IMG/VR virus record: IMGVR_UViG_3300031949_000024
Location: 5,678 to 69,677 of that record
Length of the DNA: 64,000 nucleotides
Strand: one strand, 5' to 3'
Origin: a virus
Lineage: Duplodnaviria; Caudoviricetes
The stretch's first letter is position 1; the number at the start of each line of letters is the position of its first letter. The notes under the pieces are model-generated. The model did not search any database and was not told where the DNA came from. It saw only the letters and a program-made list of their open reading frames with translations. Position numbers and translations under genes: made by a program. Positions 9,513 to 17,041 of this stretch are shown one piece after another.

Positions 9513-10445
9513 ATGGACTTCGACGCTGCCCGCGACGTGGTACGCCGCCGCCTCAACGACCTGTATGCCGGCGAGCGCGAACATCCGGCCGTGTTGCCGT
9601 ACGGGTTTGACACCGGCGGCTCGTGGGCGCCGATGGTCGACTGGCGTGGTGTGACCGGCGTGTACGTCTATCTGGTCGACAAACAGTCGGGTGGGTTGAC
9701 GCCGGTCAGCTTCCCGGAGTTTGTTGACCTGCCCGACCCGTCCCGGGCCGGGGAATGGCCCAACGCCGGGCCGGCGGCGGCTGTTGGAGTAGCCGTGCGC
9801 TGCTGGCAGGGCCGGATGGCCGACGACGTGGCCGGCACGAGAGCCATGGTGGGGCGGGCGCAGGTGCTGCTGGCGCAGACGTATCACCGTGATGCCGATG
9901 GCCAGTTCGCCTCGGGCAACGGCGGCGGGGCCGCCGACGGTTCGGACGGTGAAGGGGAAGGCGGCTCGCTCGATGAGGGCGAGGGTGAATACGGATACGG
10001 CACGGCACCCGATGGTTCTTCCTATTCGGAGTTTGACGTTGACGAGGCCGGCAATCCCCGATTCTCCAGTGAGTACCGGGCGAAGTACGGCCCGATCAAC
10101 AGCGATAGTGCCATCGGGGCCGGGCTGACATTCGTGGCCCCCGAGAAGGGCAAGTTGCACATCGCAGATGATGCGCTGGGCGCCAAACAGCGTCAGGTAG
10201 TGCAGGAGTTCACGAACGCCGAGGCCCGCGATCTGGCCGATGGCATCTACTCCGTCTACTCCGGAGAGTCGGCTTCGGTGGCCACGAAGTCGGGCGTGAA
10301 GGTGGCCCCTGCTGGCCCCCACCCAACGCAAGACGGGGTCAATGTCACGTGGAGCAACGGACGCCGGAGCACCTTTGACGGTGAGGCCGGAAACGACGAG
10401 GCCTTCGAGCTTCAGGAGTCGCTGCTGAATGCAAGCGGGACTTAG
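9513..10445 (+). CDS. Imm35/YrhB-like immunity domain fused to tagged effector 3 (TYHRDADGQFASG plus unknown domain)
   Basis: N-terminal ~80 aa (FDAARDVV...GSW...YLVDKQSG) resembles immunity proteins that neighbour papain-fold toxins. Tag at 9879-9917. Confidence 0.6.
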   Translation: MDFDAARDVVRRRLNDLYAGEREHPAVLPYGFDTGGSWAPMVDWRGVTGVYVYLVDKQSGGLTPVSFPEFVDLPDPSRAGEWPNAGPAAAVGVAVRCWQGRMADDVAGTRAMVGRAQVLLAQTYHRDADGQFASGNGGGAADGSDGEGEGGSLDEGEGEYGYGTAPDGSSYSEFDVDEAGNPRFSSEYRAKYGPINSDSAIGAGLTFVAPEKGKLHIADDALGAKQRQVVQEFTNAEARDLADGIYSVYSGESASVATKSGVKVAPAGPHPTQDGVNVTWSNGRRSTFDGEAGNDEAFELQESLLNASGT

Positions 10446-10453
10446 GGGGGCTG

Positions 10454-11854
10454 ATGCGTTCCCTGCTCGCCCCCCTGTTCAACAAGGCCCCTGCCTATGT
10501 CGGCGCCCAGGCCGGTACTGGCCTGTTCTCCCGGCTGATGGGCCGCAACGACGCCGCCGCCCAGATGGCCGCCATGGGCAGTGTCGGCACCCTGTTCAAC
10601 ATCGTGTCCACCACCTCGCAGGCTGTGGCCGAGGTGCAGTGGAAGCTTTGGCGTAAAGCCAAGTCGGGCAAGACGGAGGACCGCACCGAGGTCACCTCCC
10701 ACGCCGCCTTGGACATTTGGAACAAACCCAACAAGTTCATGACCGGCCAAGAACTGCGGGAGTCGGTGCAGCAGCATATCGACCTGACCGGTGAGGGTTG
10801 GTGCTACGTCGGCCGCAACGACCGGGCCCGTAGCCTTCCGCTGGAACTGTGGCCGATCCGCCCTGACCGGATCGCCCCGGTCCCGTCGGTGACCGACTTT
10901 ATCCAGGGCTACATCTACACCACGCCCGACGGGCAGGCGGTGCCGTGGGAGACCGACTCGGTCCTGATGCTGCGCATGCCCAACCCTTTGGACCCGTACC
11001 GCGGTATGGGGCCGGTGCAGTCGATCCTCACCGAGCTCGACTCGTCGAAGTACAGCGCCGAGTGGAACCGCAACTTCTTCCTCAACAGCGCGGAGCCGGG
11101 CGGCATCATCGAAGTCCCGAACCGGTTGGACGACGGCGCCTGGCGGGAGATGGTCACCCGTTGGCGCGAACAGCACCAAGGGGTGGCCAACGCGCACCGG
11201 GTGGCGGTCATCGAGCAGGGCAAGTGGGTCAACCGGACCTTCAGCATGCGGGACATGCAGTTTGTGCAGTTGCGGACGGTGGCGAAGGAAACCATCCGGG
11301 AGGCGTTCGGGTTCCCCAAGTTCGCCGCCGGCGAGGTTGAAGACGTCAACAGGGCATCAGCGGACGCGTCGGCGGTGTGGTTCGCGAAGCGGCTGACCGT
11401 GCCACGGCTGCAACGGTGGAAGGGCATGGCCAACAACGATTTTCTGCCCCTGTTCGGCGGGGATCCCAATCTCGAGTTCGACTTCGAGTCTCCCGTCAGC
11501 GAGGACGAGGAGGCCGAGAACGCCGAACGCGGCAGCAAGGCGACCGCGGCGAAGACGTACATTGACGCCGGGTTCACCGCCGAGTCGGTGGTGGAAGCCC
11601 TGGACCTGCCCGACGCGTTGGTGTGGGAGAAGCCCGAACCGCCCGCCCCGCCGCCCCCCCCGCCGGGTGCTCCGGCCGGTCCGGCTGTGCCTGGCGAAGA
11701 CCAGCCGCCCGACGTTCCGGCCAAGGTTCCGGCCGCCGACGATGCGGTGGCCAACCTGACCCGTGCGGTGCTGATGTTGGCGGAGGAGCGGGCCGGGCAC
11801 CGCGATGATGACCGGTCGCCTGGTGGCCGCACGTTTCGCGACTACTGGGGCTGA
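10454..11854 (+). CDS. Portal protein (HK97 family)
   Basis: HIDLTGEGW, LWPIRPDRI, YRGMGPVQ, FFLNSAEPGG, N..RVAVIEQG...F..LR, AFGFP motifs. Confidence 0.93.
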   Translation: MRSLLAPLFNKAPAYVGAQAGTGLFSRLMGRNDAAAQMAAMGSVGTLFNIVSTTSQAVAEVQWKLWRKAKSGKTEDRTEVTSHAALDIWNKPNKFMTGQELRESVQQHIDLTGEGWCYVGRNDRARSLPLELWPIRPDRIAPVPSVTDFIQGYIYTTPDGQAVPWETDSVLMLRMPNPLDPYRGMGPVQSILTELDSSKYSAEWNRNFFLNSAEPGGIIEVPNRLDDGAWREMVTRWREQHQGVANAHRVAVIEQGKWVNRTFSMRDMQFVQLRTVAKETIREAFGFPKFAAGEVEDVNRASADASAVWFAKRLTVPRLQRWKGMANNDFLPLFGGDPNLEFDFESPVSEDEEAENAERGSKATAAKTYIDAGFTAESVVEALDLPDALVWEKPEPPAPPPPPPGAPAGPAVPGEDQPPDVPAKVPAADDAVANLTRAVLMLAEERAGHRDDDRSPGGRTFRDYWG

Positions 11855-12542
11855 CAACCGCAGCTACAAGCGTGACAAGGACGGCAAGTTTTCGTCAGGC
11901 GGCAGTTTCGAAAGCCGGGTCGCCGGCGCCGCCGCCGGAGAAGGGGCTCTGCGTGCGGCTCCGTTGAATCGGGATACCGAGGATCATCTGACCGGCGACT
12001 TCCCCGGGTTTGATGACTTTGAAGGTACGGGAGTGCCCGGCCATGTCATCGGCAACAACATCGCGCACTACGGCGACAACGGCCACGCCAGCGTGAACGG
12101 CGTGCTTCGGAGCGGTGGCGATCCAATGCACCCTCCTGAGTCGCTACCTGGTGTGCTTCACTACTCCGCAAAGTCTGTCACGGATCAGGTGACCAGCCTT
12201 GACGCAGCTATGTCACGGTCGCAGCTAACCGCAGACGTCGTTGTCCACCGTGGCGTTGGTGACCCCGCCAAAGTCTTCGGCGCCACATCCGACCTGACGG
12301 GCCTTCGGTTCCGCGATCACGGGTATGCATCAACGACGACCTCCGGCGCGGCCAGCGGTGAATTCACTGGGAACCGAACGGGCGTCCAGATGAGGATCCT
12401 TGTGCCGAAGGGTACTGGGGCAATCAGCTCTTTTGGCCTTGACCGAACTGAGTTATTGCTTGACCGCGATCTGAGTTTCGTTGTACACCGCGACTATGAC
12501 GTGGGCGGGATTCGTACCTTGGATGTCGAGGTCGTTCCGTGA
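11805..12542 (+). CDS. Tagged effector 4: VIP2-like ADP-ribosyltransferase
   Basis: VVHRG (Arg), GYASTT (STS motif), MRILVPKGT, RTELLLDR (catalytic Glu). Tag NRSYKRDKDGKFSSG at 11856-11900. Confidence 0.85.
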   Translation: MMTGRLVAARFATTGADNRSYKRDKDGKFSSGGSFESRVAGAAAGEGALRAAPLNRDTEDHLTGDFPGFDDFEGTGVPGHVIGNNIAHYGDNGHASVNGVLRSGGDPMHPPESLPGVLHYSAKSVTDQVTSLDAAMSRSQLTADVVVHRGVGDPAKVFGATSDLTGLRFRDHGYASTTTSGAASGEFTGNRTGVQMRILVPKGTGAISSFGLDRTELLLDRDLSFVVHRDYDVGGIRTLDVEVVP

Positions 12543-13423
12543 CTTTCGCTGATCGGCTTATCGACGCGGGAGACTTTCCCGTTGAGATACTTGCCAAGTC
12601 CGTTGACGACGGCGGCGATGTCCACCACCTGGAGAACCGCACCCACGGCCTGCCGACGAACCTCGCCCCCACCGACATCGACCTGTCGAAGGTGCAACGG
12701 GACTGGGAACGCCAGTTGGACCAGCTGCTCAAGCAGTGGTTCACCGTCACCGAACACCAACGCGACCAGATTTTGGACAAGGTCCGGGCCGCCATCAACA
12801 ACAACGACCTGGCCGCCCTGGCCGCGCTCAACGTGTCGTCGGCCGAGCAGGCCAACATCCTCACCGCCGCTATGACGCAGATGGCACTGAATGCTGCGCA
12901 GCACGTCGTGGACGAGGCCGCGCGGCAGGGTGTGCGCACCGACCCGGTGGCCACCGACACGCACCGGTTTGCCACTACGGCGGTTGCGTTGGCCGCATTG
13001 TTGACGGCGGCGCTGACGAATTCGGCTGGCCGGGAGGCGCTGCGTCGTTGGTCGCCGAGCACCAGCGGCGACGACGTGACCCGTGCGGTGGAGGGGCATC
13101 TCGCGTCGCTGTCGACGTCGTTTGTGGAAGCGCATCTTGGTGGGGCGTTGACGGCGGCGCAGAACACGGGCCGGTTGGAGACGATGCTCGCGGCGCCGAC
13201 GGCAGCAATATATTCGTCAGAAATGATGGATAAACGGACATGTAACCCATGCCGGGTCGTTAACGGCAAGTGGATCGGCAACTCAGATGACCCGGACATC
13301 GTCGCGAAGATCGAAGCCGTCTACCCGAACGGCGGCTACGTGAACTGCGAGGGCGGGGTGCGCTGCCGTGGCACAACCGTCTATGTCTGGCGCCCCGAGC
13401 AGGTCCCTGCAGCAGGCGCCTAG
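12539..13423 (+). CDS. MuF-like head morphogenesis protein with a short N-terminal extension (possible ART immunity peptide)
   Basis: AAQNTGR, SSEMMDKRTCNPC, GGVRCRGT are MuF-type C-terminal motifs; position between portal and protease. Confidence 0.8.
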   Translation: MTFADRLIDAGDFPVEILAKSVDDGGDVHHLENRTHGLPTNLAPTDIDLSKVQRDWERQLDQLLKQWFTVTEHQRDQILDKVRAAINNNDLAALAALNVSSAEQANILTAAMTQMALNAAQHVVDEAARQGVRTDPVATDTHRFATTAVALAALLTAALTNSAGREALRRWSPSTSGDDVTRAVEGHLASLSTSFVEAHLGGALTAAQNTGRLETMLAAPTAAIYSSEMMDKRTCNPCRVVNGKWIGNSDDPDIVAKIEAVYPNGGYVNCEGGVRCRGTTVYVWRPEQVPAAGA

Positions 13424-14984
13424 CTTCTTCGGCCTGGTCGCCACCGCCCGGGCACGGCTGGACATCCTGGACCGTCAGTACAAGCGCGACAAGGACGGGC
13501 GTTTCGGGTCCGGCGGCGGCATGCACCCGGCCATCGCCGCCTGCTCGACCACCAGCGAAGTCGAAGCTGTCCTGTCGACCGAGCTGTACGACGTCACCGG
13601 CCGGCACGTCACCGTCCACCTGACCGGCCTCGGCGTCGAGGTGGCACGGGTACACGCCGAAGGCGTCCTGCGGGCCATGAAACAGTTCCCCGACACCGAC
13701 CTGCAAACCATCAGCACGTTCGGCCCGGGCGGCCAACACAGCAGCGATGTCGTCGCCGGCACAGACCACAGCGGTTCCTACGCCGTCACCACGCACCGGC
13801 CCGGCACCCGTGGTTCCGACATCTACTTCAACACCCGCTACGGCGACATCGACACGTTGACCGACATGGTGCGTCAGAACGACGCCGTCGGTTGGCTGTC
13901 CGGACAGTCGGGCGACCTGTCCCGGATGGCCTCGCATGAAGTCGGGCACGCCTGGGGCAACACACTCAAGCCCGGCGCCGCCCGACAGGCCGTCGGAGAA
14001 CTGGCCATTGACCGGGGCCTCGTCGATGCGGTCGTGGTGCGAGAAGTGTCCGGCTACGCCAGGAAAGACCTCGGGGAACTGATCGCCGAGTCGTTCAGTG
14101 ACGTCGTGTCCCGCGGCGACGGCGCGTCGCAGCTCAGCAAGGATGTTGTCGACACCGTCGGCAGCCAGTTCGAGGCCGGCCTGCAGTACCCGAACAACCA
14201 GTCCCGCTTCTTCCACCTGTTGGCGGCGGCCCGGAACCGCACCTACAAGCGGGACGCCGACGGACGGTTCGGGTCCGGTGACGGCGGGCCGCGCGGCATC
14301 CGTGACACGTTCGCGCAGGCCAAGACGATCACTTCGCTGGAGTTGGCCGCCGAGGGCGAGCTCGGCTCGATCCTGGGCCAGCGCGTCGCGGTGAAGCTCG
14401 CAGGTCTGGAGATGGACGCGGCCCGGGCGCACGTGGAAGGCATCGCCCGGTCGGCCGAGCTGTACCCGGGCACCGATCTGATCAGCGTCACTTCGTACGG
14501 GCCGCGCGGCCAGGTGTCGGACATTCCCGGGCAGCAGCCCGGCGTGCACGACAAGGTCTGGGGTGTCACCTCCTCGGTGGCTGGCCGGCCCGGGGCGGAC
14601 ATCTACCTGAACACGCGCATCGACGCGCCGAAGATGCGGCGGGTCACCACCAAGGCGGTCGCCGAGGGTGTGGTGGACGGCGACATGTCCGACATCACGT
14701 GGACCGGGTCGCACGAGATGGGCCACGCTGCGGCGTCGATGATGCGCCGCGGCGACCCGCAGCAAGGTGCGGTCAGGATCGCCACCGAGACGGCTGGCGG
14801 TAGCGTCGAGCACGTCTACAACGAGCTGCGCACGACGGTTTCGCGGTATGCGCTTACTCCCGGCGGCGATGAACTGATCGGGGAGGCTACCGCCCAGGTG
14901 GCATCATTGGGTTCGGCGGCGTCGCCGATATCGAAGGCTGTCGTCAAGGGCATGCAGGACAACTGGGACGAGTGGAGCATCTGA
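13368..14984 (+). CDS. Tagged effector 5: tandem duplicated zincin-like metallopeptidase (start uncertain, 13368 or 13383)
   Basis: Two repeats, each with a YKRDxDGRFGSG tag, HExGH (SHEVGH, SHEMGH) and a downstream ELI[AG]E. Confidence 0.75.
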   Translation: MAQPSMSGAPSRSLQQAPSFFGLVATARARLDILDRQYKRDKDGRFGSGGGMHPAIAACSTTSEVEAVLSTELYDVTGRHVTVHLTGLGVEVARVHAEGVLRAMKQFPDTDLQTISTFGPGGQHSSDVVAGTDHSGSYAVTTHRPGTRGSDIYFNTRYGDIDTLTDMVRQNDAVGWLSGQSGDLSRMASHEVGHAWGNTLKPGAARQAVGELAIDRGLVDAVVVREVSGYARKDLGELIAESFSDVVSRGDGASQLSKDVVDTVGSQFEAGLQYPNNQSRFFHLLAAARNRTYKRDADGRFGSGDGGPRGIRDTFAQAKTITSLELAAEGELGSILGQRVAVKLAGLEMDAARAHVEGIARSAELYPGTDLISVTSYGPRGQVSDIPGQQPGVHDKVWGVTSSVAGRPGADIYLNTRIDAPKMRRVTTKAVAEGVVDGDMSDITWTGSHEMGHAAASMMRRGDPQQGAVRIATETAGGSVEHVYNELRTTVSRYALTPGGDELIGEATAQVASLGSAASPISKAVVKGMQDNWDEWSI

Positions 14985-15256
14985 TGGTCAGCCGCCCGAT
15001 ACCGCAGTGCCTGACCTGCGCCCACTGGCAGTCGCCGTTGGGCCGCACCGACGAGGATGCCCGTGGTGAGAAGCCGATCCAGGTGTGCAAGGCGTTCCCG
15101 TTGCCGGCCGGTATCCCCGACGACATTTGGTGGAACCGCGTCGATCACCGCACCCCGCATGCCGGCGATCAGGGCATCGTGTGGGAGGCCGACGACGACG
15201 TGCGCAACGGCGGCAAGATGAAGTTTCCCGACTGGGCCATGAACACCGCCACCTGA
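14984..15256 (+). CDS. Putative immunity protein (CxxCxH...CxAFPxGIP...DH..P..GDxG)
   Basis: QCLTCAHW, CKAFPLPAGIPDDIW, DHRTPHAGDQGIVWE; a pattern I recall following phage head-associated toxins. Confidence 0.6.
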   Translation: MVSRPIPQCLTCAHWQSPLGRTDEDARGEKPIQVCKAFPLPAGIPDDIWWNRVDHRTPHAGDQGIVWEADDDVRNGGKMKFPDWAMNTAT

Positions 15257-15587
15257 CCTAGCCCACCCGATTCACCTGCAGCCCGGATGACCTCCGGGCT
15301 GTTTGGCATGCCCGAACGGAGGCGCGCCCATGCAGTTCTGGGCGCCGACCTTCGCCCTTCCGGGCTTGGCGTGCTTGGAGCCATCAGGCAAGTACCCCAA
15401 GGACCGACCGGTTCCATGTCGACCACGATCACGCCTGCTGCCCTGGATCCCGAAGCTGTGGAAGGTGCACGCGGGGCCTGCTCTGCCACGCCTGTAACAC
15501 CGCGCTCGGCAACTTCAAGGACAGCCCCGAGATCCTACGGGCCGCGCTTCGCTACCTGTCGAGCAATGGAGTGTGGGGTGACAACGA

Positions 15588-17041
15588 TGAGTAGGGATCC
15601 AGCCCAGGCCCATACCTGGTACCGCATTGAGAACAAGGCGGACACCCGGTCAGCGGCTATCTACTTGTACGACGAGGTTGGTTCCTGGGGAATCGCCGCA
15701 AGCCAATTCGTCAAAGAACTCCAAGACCTTCGTGCATCCAAAGTTGACGTCCACGTCAACTCTCCTGGGGGCGAGTGCTATGAGGGCCTCGCTATTTTTA
15801 ATGCGCTCCGGAATCACAAGGCAGAGATCACCGTCTACATCGACGGCCTCGCCGCTAGCGCAGCGTCCTTCATCGCGATGGCCGGCGACCGGATCGTGGC
15901 CGAACGCAATGCGACGTTGATGATCCACAACGCACACGCCGTCGGGGTGGGCGACGCCGGCGACATGCGCAAACTGGCCGACATGCTCGACCGGATGACC
16001 GACACCATCGCCAGCATCTACAGCGACCGGGCCGGCGGCACCGTCGCCCAGTGGCGGGCCCGCATGGCCACCGAAACGTGGTTTTCGGCGGATGAGGCGC
16101 AGGCGGCCGGGCTGGTCGACGAGGTGGCCTCAACCCCGGCACCGAAGAGCATGCCCCGCAACACATGGGATCTGTCGATCTTCAACTTCGCCGGCCGGGA
16201 CGCCGCCCCCGACCCGTTCGCCCCACTCGCCGAAGCAATGCCTATGCCGCCGCGCAAGAAGACGCCCGACATGCCCGCGGATATGCCGATGCTCGCCGTC
16301 GGCGACCGCGTGCAGGTGGCCGGAACACCACACGAGCCCGGACAGGCCACCGGCACCGTAGCCGAGGTCGAGCACGGGCCCGCCTACGGCATCCGCTTCG
16401 ACGGCGGCGGAGACCCGGGCGGCGACGTGCACCGCTGGTATGTCGCCGCTGAACTGGCCCCAGCGGGCGCGGCGGCCACAAACCGCGCCGAGGCAATCCC
16501 GGTGGCCGAGGCAGTCCCGGTGGTGGTCGCGGAGGATGTCCCGCTCGTCCTCGCCGCGTTCGACCCGGCCCAGTTCCGCGACGCCGTCAACGCCGCCTCA
16601 GTGCTGCCGTTCGACCCGGCCGACTTCCGCGACGCTATGGCCAGCCTGGCCCACGACGCACCCGCCCCGCCGGCCAACACACACCGGACCGTCGACCTCG
16701 GGCCGCAACCCGAGGCGGAACCCGCGGCGGCTCCGGCCAACCCGTGGAATGTCGTTCACGACCACGTCCACGGCCTAGCCCACGAAGCCCCGGCCCCACC
16801 AACAATCCAGCCCACACCCGTCGACCTCGGGCCGCTACCGCAACCGGCCGAACCGGTACCTGAACCGCCGCCGCTGAACCCCTGGGACCAGCTGCGGGCC
16901 GCAGTCCGCATAGCCGCCAACAACGCACCCGCACCACCACAACCCAACAGCACCACCACCACCGAAAGCCCGGCCGAGGAGCCGGGCTTTTCTATGGACG
17001 CGCCAGCGTTCCGGACTGCTCTGAGGAGGGCAAAGCTGTGA
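15588..17041 (+). CDS. ClpP-type (S14) prohead protease with a long Pro/Ala-rich scaffold-like C-terminus
   Basis: IYLYDEVG, VHVNSPGG, DGLAASAASFIAMAG (Ser), LMIHNA (His), ETWFSADEA. Start ATG 15588 (MSRDPAQAHTWYRIEN). Confidence 0.92.

Noticed and set aside
8616-10331. 571-aa minus-strand ORF
   Set aside because: Antisense shadow of GC-rich plus-strand genes; no motifs.
13260-14813. 517-aa minus-strand ORF
   Set aside because: Antisense to the peptidase gene; a typical high-GC artefact.
15287-15587. Upstream extension of the protease ORF
   Set aside because: Low-complexity, non-homologous sequence; MSRDPAQ...WYRIEN at 15588 is a typical start.
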